Shown here piece by piece: positions 10,139-18,969 of a DNA stretch of 53,544 bases. The notes beneath the pieces are model-generated. The model was not told the origin of the DNA, did not search any database, and worked only from the letters and a program-made list of their open reading frames with translations. The stretch spans positions 1-53,544 of the forward strand of contig JALXBF010000114.1 of the NCBI GenBank assembly GCA_026991575.1, given 5' to 3'. The position numbers and the translations under genes are program-made. The stretch is from Planctomycetota bacterium. GTDB lineage: Bacteria; Planctomycetota; Planctomycetia; JALXBF01. How positions within the stretch are numbered: the stretch's first letter is position 1; every line of letters begins with the position of its first letter.

Positions 10139-12382
10139 ATGGGACGGAACAGGTCGGAACCAAGCCGGAGGGGGGGCTTCGGGACTGCGGCGCAGCTTGC
10201 CCTTTGCGTGCTCGTAGCGGTCTGGACTACGGTCGCCACGGCTGCTGCTGCCGCTGCCCAGGAGACTGGTCACAAATCGGGCGAGGCGAAGAAGGAGCCA
10301 ACAACTGGTACATTCATCACGATCCGTGGCCCGGTCACTGGTCGAACGATTGCCTATCTCCGCGCCCGTCTGCGTGATGCGCTGCAGGGCGGTGCCGAGC
10401 TGATCGTGCTGGCCGTGCACGGTAGCGGCGACAGCGAGTTCGAGGAGTGTTTGAAGGCGGCACGGATCATTGCTGGGGTGCAGGGTGCGGTGACGGTGGC
10501 GTATGTGGAAGGCGAGTTGGGTGGCCATGAGTTGATGCTTGCCCTGGCGGCCGATCGTATCGTGCTCCACCCTAACGCGACGTTGGGCCCGATCCTGTCT
10601 CGCCGCGAGCCCCCCGGCATCGTGCGCATCTATCGGACGGCGTACGATGAGCTGCTGAAGCAGAAAGGGCGCGATGCGTTTGTGCCGGTCGTCCGCGCCA
10701 TGATCGATCCATCGGTGCGGTTGCTGTATGTGAAGGTCGCCGAGGGAAACCGGGGGCTTCTGGTTACCGATAGCGACCGTGACCGGGTGTTGGCGGGCAA
10801 GACGATCGTTTCTTCTGATGTCATTGTCGATGTCAACCAGCTGCTCAAGCTCGACGCTCGCCGCGCGCGGCTGTGGGGTCTTGCTGAGGCGCTCTACGAA
10901 AGCCGGGAGGCGGTGGCCGAAGCGTACGGCCTGCCGCTGGAAGTAAGCCGGCGCGAACGGAAACTACTCGACCGCGTTGTGGCCGCGCGGGTCGAGGTCA
11001 GCGGGGTTGTGGACTACCGGATGCGCGATTACCTGCAACGCACGTGTCGTGAGTTGCGCAGCCGCGGTGTCAACCTAATGTTCTTTGTGATCGACAGCCC
11101 GGGAGGGCTTGCGTTCGTCGGTTTGGAGCTTGCGCATTTCATCGACAAGGACCTGACAGACGTGTTGTCGGTTGCGTACATCGAGGGCGAGGGACTCAGT
11201 GCCGCGGCGTTCATTGCCTTCGGCTGTGACGAGATCGTCATGAGTCCGCACGCGCGGCTGGGCGATTGCGGCGTGCTGGAGGCGGGTTGGGGCGTCGTGC
11301 GCTATGCCCCGGAGAAAGTGCTCACGGACGTCAAGCAGCAGCTTGAGCTACTGGCAAAGTCCAACGGTTATCCAGTGGCCTTGATGCATGCGTTTGTGGA
11401 CAAGGACATCGTGGTTGTCGAGGCGTTGAACCGGCGCACCGGGGCACGAGGGTTCTTCCGCGTGGATGAGCTGGACAAGAAGCGGTGGCAGGTCATACGC
11501 ACGGTGAAGCGGAAGGGCGAGTTCCTGGAAGTGGACGCCGAGAAGGCGATCGAATATCGGCTGGCGGTCGCAACAGCCGGTAACTTCGATCAGCTGTGTG
11601 AACTGTATGGCGTGGATCCGGCCCGCGTCATCCGCGCGTCACCCACCTGGATCGATGCCCTCGTCTACTGGCTAACCCGCCCGTTCGTCCGCTTCTTGCT
11701 GATGACGATCGGCATCATCGCGCTGTACACCGAGCTGAAGCTACCAGGCATTGGACTGCCGCTGATCATTTCCCTGATCTCGTTCACCTTGCTGTTCTGG
11801 AGCCTGGTGTTGCATGGGACGGCGACCGCGCTGGAGATTCTTCTGTTTCTGCTCGGCATCGTGCTCATCGCGGTTGAGATTCTCTTGGTGCCCGGTGCCG
11901 GGGTCTTTGGGGTATCGGGCCTGCTGCTGGTCGTCGTGTCGCTGATCCTGGCCAGCCAGAGCTTCCTGTGGCCGGCCAACGAGGCGGAGTGGAATGAGCT
12001 GTTGACGAACATCATCGCGGTGGCGGGCAGCATCTTCACGGTCTTATTGGGTATGGCCCTGCTGGCCCGCTTCTTGCCCGGCATCCCGGTTCTCGGACAT
12101 CTTGCGCTCGAACCCCCCACGCCAGCACCCGCGACAGGCCCCGCAGCCGAACCGGGCACCGGCTCGGCCTCGCCTGGGGCCGCTACGGTGGGTGCGGAGC
12201 TTGTCGGTGCGGTCGGAGTGGCACTGACGCCGCTGCGTCCAGCCGGTCGGATCCGCATCGGTGAGGAGCTCTACGACGTGGTCACCAGGGGGGAGTTCGT
12301 GGAGGCGGGCCAGAGTGTGCAGGTGGTTGAGATTCAGGGGAATCACATCGTCGTCCGCCCGATCCGGTCAGCTGGTGCTTGA
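10139..12382 (+). CDS. nfeD: NfeD-family membrane-bound serine protease with two ClpP-like domains, TM bundle and C-terminal OB fold
   Basis: IDSPGG and GLSAA in the second ClpP-like domain; ELKLPGIG, EILLVPGAGVFG TM region; ALTPLRPAG..YDVVTRGEF C-terminal NfeD domain. Start is uncertain. Confidence 0.9.
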   Translation: MGRNRSEPSRRGGFGTAAQLALCVLVAVWTTVATAAAAAAQETGHKSGEAKKEPTTGTFITIRGPVTGRTIAYLRARLRDALQGGAELIVLAVHGSGDSEFEECLKAARIIAGVQGAVTVAYVEGELGGHELMLALAADRIVLHPNATLGPILSRREPPGIVRIYRTAYDELLKQKGRDAFVPVVRAMIDPSVRLLYVKVAEGNRGLLVTDSDRDRVLAGKTIVSSDVIVDVNQLLKLDARRARLWGLAEALYESREAVAEAYGLPLEVSRRERKLLDRVVAARVEVSGVVDYRMRDYLQRTCRELRSRGVNLMFFVIDSPGGLAFVGLELAHFIDKDLTDVLSVAYIEGEGLSAAAFIAFGCDEIVMSPHARLGDCGVLEAGWGVVRYAPEKVLTDVKQQLELLAKSNGYPVALMHAFVDKDIVVVEALNRRTGARGFFRVDELDKKRWQVIRTVKRKGEFLEVDAEKAIEYRLAVATAGNFDQLCELYGVDPARVIRASPTWIDALVYWLTRPFVRFLLMTIGIIALYTELKLPGIGLPLIISLISFTLLFWSLVLHGTATALEILLFLLGIVLIAVEILLVPGAGVFGVSGLLLVVVSLILASQSFLWPANEAEWNELLTNIIAVAGSIFTVLLGMALLARFLPGIPVLGHLALEPPTPAPATGPAAEPGTGSASPGAATVGAELVGAVGVALTPLRPAGRIRIGEELYDVVTRGEFVEAGQSVQVVEIQGNHIVVRPIRSAGA

Positions 12383-12592
12383 GCCGGACCGGATCCCAAC
12401 CTGGCTCCCGCCCAACGCCGCCACCCTCGGGCATCTTCCTCGGAAGAGGACCGCGTACGCCGGGTTGTCTCGATCGGTTGGTGCGCTGATCAATACGATC
12501 GCGCGCGCAGGATCGCTGGCTAGCTCTGCCGCCGGAGTCCGGCCTGGCTCGGATCTGCCTGCCAAGAGGCGAGCCGCCGATGGAGGGTGCCG

Positions 12593-13342
12593 ATGAAGGT
12601 TCTGCCCGTGCTGGATCTCAAAGGGGGCAAAGCCGTGCACGCGAAGGGGGGAGCACGCGACCGTTACGAGCTTGTGCACGGGGTCTTTGGCGACGGGAGC
12701 GACCCGGTCGCTCTGGCCGAGCGCATCCGCCGGCGGCTTGGCCTCGAGGAGCTCTACGTCGCCGACCTGGACGCACTGCAGGGGCAGGGCGATCAGAGCA
12801 GCATCGTTGCTGAACTGACCAGCCGCGGTTTCCGAGTCTGGCTGGATGCGGGGGTGCGCAGTGCGGCGGATCTTGCCCGTGTCGCGGCCGCTCAACCCGC
12901 CGTGCTGATCTTTGCGCTGGAGACCGTCCCAGACCGGCAGCGCACGGCCGAGTTGCGCCGCCAGTGGCTTGCAGATTATGCCCCGGAAGAGGGGGATGTG
13001 GCCTTCAGCATCGACCTCCAGGCCGGCCGGCCGGTGCCCAATCGGTTCCTGCAGGAGGCTGACCCGGTGGCGGTTGCTCAAGCCGCACGGGCGATTGGTT
13101 TCCGCCACCTGATCCTGCTGGACCTGGCCGCCGTCGGATCGGCCCGCGGCATTGCGGCTGCAGCGCTGGTGGCGCCGATCCGAACACACTGCCCGGAGGT
13201 GCGGCTCTATGGCGGCGGGGGTGTGCGTGGCCCCGAGGACCTGGCCGTTGCCTGCCGGGCCGGTTTTGACGGCTTGCTGATTGCAACTGCTTTGCACAAC
13301 GGGCAAATCGGTCGCGACAAGCTACAATTGCTGGAGACGTGA
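12593..13342 (+). CDS. HisA/HisF-related TIM-barrel protein
   Basis: PVLDLKGGKAVHA, LYVADLDAL, WLDAG, LLDLAAVG, GGGVRG, ATALH; GGAGGG RBS before ATG 12593. Confidence 0.85.
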   Translation: MKVLPVLDLKGGKAVHAKGGARDRYELVHGVFGDGSDPVALAERIRRRLGLEELYVADLDALQGQGDQSSIVAELTSRGFRVWLDAGVRSAADLARVAAAQPAVLIFALETVPDRQRTAELRRQWLADYAPEEGDVAFSIDLQAGRPVPNRFLQEADPVAVAQAARAIGFRHLILLDLAAVGSARGIAAAALVAPIRTHCPEVRLYGGGGVRGPEDLAVACRAGFDGLLIATALHNGQIGRDKLQLLET

Positions 13343-13447
13343 CGAACGATCGGGCGGAATGCCGGTCAATCTCTGGCACGACCAGCGATACCGGCTCGGT
13401 AGCGGGCGTCAGCACGCAGTTCGGCAGGCCCGTTCGGGGAGAGCACG

Positions 13448-13720
13448 ATGCCCCAGGCGATTGTCGACCCGGAAGAGCTGCGCCGCTTTGCCCAGCGGCT
13501 CAGGCAGTTTAACGAACAGCTGCAGCAGCAGATGGCCACGCTGCATGCCCAGCTGAGGGATCTCGGTGCCACGTGGCGCGACCAGGAGCATCGCAAGTTC
13601 ATGGAGGAATTCGAGCAGACGATGAAGGCCCTGCAACGCTTCGTGCACGCGGCGGAGGAGCATATTCCGTTCTTGCTACGGAAGGCGGAACGGGCTGAGG
13701 AGTATCTGCAGCAGCGGTAA
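13448..13720 (+). CDS. WXG100-family (ESAT-6-like) small helical protein, WRD variant
   Basis: 90 aa; VDPEELRRFAQRL N-terminus, central W (GATWRD) between two amphipathic helices; GGGGAG RBS; upstream of an FtsK/SpoIIIE ATPase. Confidence 0.85.
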   Translation: MPQAIVDPEELRRFAQRLRQFNEQLQQQMATLHAQLRDLGATWRDQEHRKFMEEFEQTMKALQRFVHAAEEHIPFLLRKAERAEEYLQQR

Positions 13721-13769
13721 CGACGACGATGCCCGCCGCCGGATGGGGCCTCTGCGCGGTGAGAAGGTC

Positions 13770-14342
13770 ATGGCCCGGAACCAGGCTCACGTAGCGTCGA
13801 TTGAGGCGTTGGAGGACTTTCGGGGCAAGGTGGCTGCCTTCTGCGAGCTTGCCCGCAACACGGCGGAGCTGGCGTTGCTGGAGGCGCGGAAATTCGAGAA
13901 CGCCCTCGCTGACGAACAACGCTACTGGGTTGCCCGGTTGAAACGGCTGGAAAACGAGCTTGCGCTAGCCAAAGCAGAGTTGCATCGCGTTCGACTGGCC
14001 ACGCCCAGGGGTGAGACCCCACGCGACGGCGACGTACGACTCGTCATCCGCCGGATTAACGACAAGATCGCGCATGCGGAAGCCGCACTGCGCGAGCTGT
14101 CAGCACTGCGCAGCGCAGCCGCAAGCTGCCGCGAGAGCCTGCGCAAGGAGCTGGCACAGCTAATCGAGCTCGTAGGCAAGGAGCCGGTACCGGCAGTCCA
14201 ACGACTCACCGCCCTGCTGGACCGTCTGACGCAGTACCTGGCCGTTGCGCCGCCGCAGACCGGTGCGACGACTCAGGGAGTTCGCCATGGTGCAGAAGAG
14301 AAGGGGGGCGGCGAGGGAGGGGAATCGCATGGCGGCGCTTGA
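13770..14342 (+). CDS. Helical/coiled-coil hypothetical protein in the WXG100-FtsK cassette
   Basis: About 190 aa, all-helical; N-terminus (AHVASIEALEDFRGKVAAF) resembles a WXG100 helix 1; overlaps the next gene by 14 bp. Confidence 0.7.
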   Translation: MARNQAHVASIEALEDFRGKVAAFCELARNTAELALLEARKFENALADEQRYWVARLKRLENELALAKAELHRVRLATPRGETPRDGDVRLVIRRINDKIAHAEAALRELSALRSAAASCRESLRKELAQLIELVGKEPVPAVQRLTALLDRLTQYLAVAPPQTGATTQGVRHGAEEKGGGEGGESHGGA

Positions 14343-14562
14343 ATCGGAAGCAACCAAATTGAAACGCGCTTTGACGGATCTGCGCCACCATTGGGAGGAC
14401 CTACAGCCGATCTGGCGCGACCGGGCGTCGCGCAGTTATGAGCAGGAGCTGTTGGAGCCGCTGATCGAAGCCACCGAACGCGCGATCCGTGCACTGGAAC
14501 AGGCCGCGGCCATGCATGCCCGACTGCGCGAACGAATCCGGCAGCTGCGCGAACAGGGTTGA
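14329..14562 (+). CDS. Second WXG100-like protein (77 aa), WRD variant
   Basis: ATG 14329 after GGAGGGG; MAALESEATKLKRALTDLRHHWEDLQPIWRDRASRSYEQELLEP, a helix-W-helix pattern. Confidence 0.7.
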   Translation: MAALESEATKLKRALTDLRHHWEDLQPIWRDRASRSYEQELLEPLIEATERAIRALEQAAAMHARLRERIRQLREQG

Positions 14563-14592
14563 GCACGACAGGAGAACTGTCCCTAAGTCGGT

Positions 14593-17500
14593 ATGGCCAC
14601 GACCCACGACCTCTTACAGCCGCTACACACGTCTGTGCTCGAGCTGATCGAGCAGTTCCGGTCGCTCGTGGCCTGGCGGCATGCACGCGAACGAGAGCTC
14701 CAGCGGCAAGCGCGTGAGAGCCAGGAGGCGCTTGCCCGCGAGCAACGTCAACGGACACGGAACATCGTCCGGCGGGTGGACGCGGCCATCGAGCAGCTAC
14801 GGCAGCGCGATGCCGAGCTGCGCGGCAAGGTGGCCGAGATTGAACGCCGCTATCACGCCCAGTTCAAAGAGCTGAAGCAACTGCTCAAGGCGCGGTACCG
14901 GCAGTTCCACCGTGCCGTCGAGCAGGCTCGTAAGTCCTACCGGGACGCCGCCTGGGAATCGACCACGATCCATGAGGCGACCAAGACCGGTGTCCGGGCC
15001 GACCTGGAAACCTACGGTAGCCAGCTCGAGGTTCTCGGCCGGCGGGCCGCGGCTGTCCGAGAGCACGCCATGCGGATTGCCGCGGACTGGTCAATCCCTC
15101 AGCTGGACGTCCCCGAGCACGGCCGCCCGCCTGCCGAAACAGCAGCCAAGCTCCGATCTGACCTGACCGCCGCCCAGGACCAGGCTGACGACCTCTTGCA
15201 GCGGGCCGGTTCGTGGCCTCGGCTGGGCACGGCCGGATGGCTGGCACTGGCCATCGGAGCATCGGTGGCCGTGGCAGTGACGGTAGCCGTCGGGGTCACG
15301 GTCCGTTGGCTGCCCGCTTTGCTGGGCTTTCCCCTGGTGCTGGTGCTGCTTGCAGGGTTGGCGTACCTAGTTCACTGGGTCGTACAGCGCAACCGCGTGC
15401 GGCGACTGCTCTGCGAAGCGGTGTCACTGGCCGCCTGGGTCGAGCGGAACCTGATTGCCTGTCGCCGCATGATGGAGTTGGAGGGACAGGAGCGGATCCG
15501 GCGCGATGCAGAACGACACCGCAGCGAGCTGAACCGGCTCCGGGCCCGTTTGCGTGAGGAGCTGCTGGCTGCACGCGACCGTTACCGCGCCGAGGGCCGC
15601 CGCATCCGCGACGGTGAGCTGCTGGACTTGCGCCGCATCCAGAGCGAGTTGCTCACGGCCCGCCAGGAAGTCGATGGCTTCCTGGAGCGGCGGCTGGCCG
15701 AGCTGCGTCGGGGGCGGTCGCGCGAACTGTTGGCCGCAAAGGCGTGGTACCGTGACCAGCAACAACGACGCCGCCTGCTGGCCGAGCAAGCACGCCGTGA
15801 TCTGGCAGCAGAGTTCGCCAGAAAGCTGCACTCGCTGCGCAACGACACCGCGAAGCTCTGGCAGGCCTGCCGGGAACGCTTCCCCGTGTGGCATCGGTTC
15901 GTGCCCGAACGGTGGCAACCAGCCGAAGAACCGGCTGAGTACGTGTTCATCGGACAAATGGACTACGACCTCATCGAACACGCCGGGGCACGGGAGGGGT
16001 GGTTTGCCGACCGGGCTGATGCCTGCTTTTGCCTGCCAGCGCTCGTGCCACTGCCGCCATCGGGTGCTCTTATGCTAGACGTCCCGCCGCAGCGCCACCG
16101 TGACGCAGTTGGCTGGCAGCGAAACTTCATTGCGCGTTACCTGCAAGCAGTGCCACCTGGCCGCTTCCGCCTCCTGCTGCTGGACCCGGCGTTCCTGGGG
16201 GATCCGTTCTCCGGACTCATGCACCTGGCCGACTATGATCGCAGCGTCGTGTCGGGCCGCATCTGGAGTGAGCCGCGGGCGATCGATCAGCAGCTGGAAA
16301 GGCTCCAGGAACAGCTCGAGACCGTAATCCAGGCATTCTTACGCGATCGGTTCGCCACGTTACGCGAGTACAACCGATCGGCAGGGGAGGTTGCCGAACC
16401 GTACCGCCTGGTGGTGCTGACCGACTGCCCCGACTCGCTGCCGGAGTCCGCTCTGCACCGGCTCCACGCGATTGCCACGAACGCGACCCGCTGTGGTGTC
16501 ACGCTGCTGCTATTGCGGCCGGCGCGCTCCTCGCCGCTTGGGGCGGTTGAGGAAGAGGTGCTCGGGCCCGTTTCGCTCAGCGGTCAACTTGACTACCCGC
16601 AACTCCGCTTCGACGAAGTCGCTGGTGAGCGGCTGCCACCTGTGGAACTGGAAGCGGCACCGCCCAGCGAGCTCTTCACCCGGCTGGTGCACCGGGTTGG
16701 GGCACTGGTTGCCGAAGCGGGCCGCGTGGAGGTGCCCTTTGAGCGGATCCTCCCTGAGCCTGCACAGTGGTGGCAAGCTTCCACACGCGACGGCCTTGCC
16801 GTGCCCCTGGGGGTAATCGGGGCGCAAGCCGTGCAGGAACTGCAACTCGGCCGCGGTACCGCACAGCACGTGCTCGTGGCGGGGCGCACCGGCTCGGGCA
16901 AGTCTAACCTGCTTCACGTGCTGATCACCTCGGCAGCACTCAAGTACAGCCCGAACGAATTGCTGTTGTATCTGGTCGACTTCAAGAAGGGGGTCGAGTT
17001 CAAAGCGTACGCCAGCTACGAGTTGCCACATGCTCGGGTGGTAGCGATCGAGAGCGAACGTGAGTTCGGCCTGAGTGTCCTGCAACAACTCGATCACGAG
17101 CTGCAGCGACGCGGTGAGCTGTTCCGCGCGGCCGGAGTCCAGGACCTGCCCTCCTACCGCAGGGCACGCCCCAATGAACCGATGCCCCGGATCCTGCTGA
17201 TCGTGGACGAGTTCCAGGAGTTCTTTGTCGAGGACGATCAGATTGCCCAGCAGGCTTCGCTGCTGCTGGACCGGCTCGTGCGCCAGGGACGTGCCTTCGG
17301 CATGCATGTGCTACTCGGGTCGCAGACGCTTGGCGGGGCATACTCGCTTGCCCGAAGCACGGTCAGCCAAATGGGTGTACGCATCGCGCTGCAATGCAGT
17401 GAAGGCGATGCGCATTTGATCCTGAGCGAGGACAATCCGGCGGCGCGCCTGCTGAGCCGCCCGGGCGAAGCGATCTACAACGACGCCAACGGACTGGTGG

Positions 17501-18498
17501 AAGGCAACCGGCGGTTTCAGATCGCGTGGCTGCCGGCGCCGGTGCGCGACCGCTACCTGGCCGAAGTGCGCCGCTTGGCGGAACAGGCACAGTGGCATCG
17601 CGACGTCCCGATGCTGGTCTTTGAGGGCAATGTGCCGGCCGATCTTGCTCGCAATGATGAGCTTTCCGATCTGCTTGCTCGACCCTGGCAGCCGGACGCT
17701 CCGCAACAGGCGCTGCAACTCTGGTTGGGTGAGTCGGTCGCGCTGCCGAGGCCGGTTGCGGCAATGCTTGAACCGCGCGCCGGTAGCAATCTGCTGCTGG
17801 TCGGCCAGGATGCGGTCGGTGCAGCCGGTATCCTGGTCTCCTCATTGCTGAGCGCAGCGGCACAGCGACCGCCTGCCGGCAGCGATGGGCTACGCATCTA
17901 CATCGCCGACGAAGCGGCTCCTGAACGTTGCCACCGCCAGCTCTGGCGCCAGCTCGCAGAGTTCCTGCCCCACCAGGTCGAGCTTCTTGGCTCCGGGCGG
18001 GCCGTCGAGGAGCTCGTGCTTCGGCTCGCCGACGAGCTGGACCGTCACGAGAGCGACGGTGCGGTAACGCTCGTCGTTCTCTATGACATCGCGCGGATCC
18101 GCGCCCTGCGGGCCGCCGATGAGCTGTTCAGCTTCACGGACACCGGGGGGCAGGACGGCGCAGACGTGTCGCGTCGCTTCCGCAAACTCTACGAGGAGGG
18201 GCCGGAGCGAAACGTGCACCTGCTGGTATGGTGTGACACGGCGGCTGGTGCCCAGCGGGTCTTCGGCCGCAGCGGGGTGCGAGAGTTTGGCCTGCGGGTC
18301 GTCTTCCAGATGAGCGCCAACGACTCCACCACCTTGATCGACTCCCCGGCCGCAGCCAGGCTGGGGGTGTACCGGGCGCTGTTCTACGACGAGGACCGAG
18401 GGACGCTGGAGAAGTTCCGACCGTATGCCGTGCCGGAACTGGTACAGCTCAAAGAGCTCGCACGGCGCATTGCCGCCCGCTTTGCGGCGGAGAGGTGA
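14593..18498 (+). CDS. Large FtsK/SpoIIIE-domain membrane ATPase (EccC/EssC-like)
   Basis: 1301 aa: coiled coil, 2 TM helices, coiled coil, then FtsK-like domains. Canonical HVLVAGRTGSGKS Walker A, LVDFKKG, ILLIVDEFQE Walker B, RQGRAFGMH arginine finger. Confidence 0.9.
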   Translation: MATTHDLLQPLHTSVLELIEQFRSLVAWRHARERELQRQARESQEALAREQRQRTRNIVRRVDAAIEQLRQRDAELRGKVAEIERRYHAQFKELKQLLKARYRQFHRAVEQARKSYRDAAWESTTIHEATKTGVRADLETYGSQLEVLGRRAAAVREHAMRIAADWSIPQLDVPEHGRPPAETAAKLRSDLTAAQDQADDLLQRAGSWPRLGTAGWLALAIGASVAVAVTVAVGVTVRWLPALLGFPLVLVLLAGLAYLVHWVVQRNRVRRLLCEAVSLAAWVERNLIACRRMMELEGQERIRRDAERHRSELNRLRARLREELLAARDRYRAEGRRIRDGELLDLRRIQSELLTARQEVDGFLERRLAELRRGRSRELLAAKAWYRDQQQRRRLLAEQARRDLAAEFARKLHSLRNDTAKLWQACRERFPVWHRFVPERWQPAEEPAEYVFIGQMDYDLIEHAGAREGWFADRADACFCLPALVPLPPSGALMLDVPPQRHRDAVGWQRNFIARYLQAVPPGRFRLLLLDPAFLGDPFSGLMHLADYDRSVVSGRIWSEPRAIDQQLERLQEQLETVIQAFLRDRFATLREYNRSAGEVAEPYRLVVLTDCPDSLPESALHRLHAIATNATRCGVTLLLLRPARSSPLGAVEEEVLGPVSLSGQLDYPQLRFDEVAGERLPPVELEAAPPSELFTRLVHRVGALVAEAGRVEVPFERILPEPAQWWQASTRDGLAVPLGVIGAQAVQELQLGRGTAQHVLVAGRTGSGKSNLLHVLITSAALKYSPNELLLYLVDFKKGVEFKAYASYELPHARVVAIESEREFGLSVLQQLDHELQRRGELFRAAGVQDLPSYRRARPNEPMPRILLIVDEFQEFFVEDDQIAQQASLLLDRLVRQGRAFGMHVLLGSQTLGGAYSLARSTVSQMGVRIALQCSEGDAHLILSEDNPAARLLSRPGEAIYNDANGLVEGNRRFQIAWLPAPVRDRYLAEVRRLAEQAQWHRDVPMLVFEGNVPADLARNDELSDLLARPWQPDAPQQALQLWLGESVALPRPVAAMLEPRAGSNLLLVGQDAVGAAGILVSSLLSAAAQRPPAGSDGLRIYIADEAAPERCHRQLWRQLAEFLPHQVELLGSGRAVEELVLRLADELDRHESDGAVTLVVLYDIARIRALRAADELFSFTDTGGQDGADVSRRFRKLYEEGPERNVHLLVWCDTAAGAQRVFGRSGVREFGLRVVFQMSANDSTTLIDSPAAARLGVYRALFYDEDRGTLEKFRPYAVPELVQLKELARRIAARFAAER

Positions 18499-18567
18499 GC
18501 GTGCGAACGGCAGCTAGTCAGAGTTGGTTCCGGCGGGCTCGGTGCGGGAGCGGCTTCGGGAGCCGCG

Positions 18568-18969
18568 TCAGTCGGAACTGAGCGACTGTTCCAGCACGTG
18601 CTCTTCCACGTAGATCGGCACGCCAAGCGTCACGGCGATCGCGATGGCGTCGCTGGGGCGGCTGTCCACCTCGATCAACTCGCCGTCGCGGCGGATCATG
18701 AGCTTGGCGTAATAGGTATGGTCCCGCAAGTCGTGGATGTAAATGTGCTCCAGTTCGCCGCCCATGCTCTCGATCACGTTCGTGACCAGGTCATGAGTAA
18801 GCGGGCGTGGTGTACGCAGTCCCTTGACCCGTCGATCGATGGACACGGCCTCGAACAGCCCGATCACGATCGGGAAGGTACGTTCTCCGCCCACCTCGCG
18901 CAGGTAGATGATCTGCTGCTCCCAGAGCTCGCTGATCACAATCCGGCAGAGTTCCATCTGGACCGCCAC
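18568..18969 (-). CDS. Bifunctional nuclease family protein (DUF151)
   Basis: FPIVIGLFEA, RPLTHDL and DSRPSDAIAIA motifs. Confidence 0.92.
   Translation of the reverse strand: MAVQMELCRIVISELWEQQIIYLREVGGERTFPIVIGLFEAVSIDRRVKGLRTPRPLTHDLVTNVIESMGGELEHIYIHDLRDHTYYAKLMIRRDGELIEVDSRPSDAIAIAVTLGVPIYVEEHVLEQSLSSD

Noticed and set aside
13373..13390. TGGCAC upstream of the WXG100 gene, a possible sigma54 site
   Set aside because: No GC dinucleotide at the required 10-nt spacing from the GG.
14593..18498. Interpretation as chromosome-segregation FtsK or a conjugative element ATPase
   Set aside because: No recognisable C-terminal gamma domain, several degenerate ATPase repeats, WXG100 neighbours, and no integrase or relaxase in the window.
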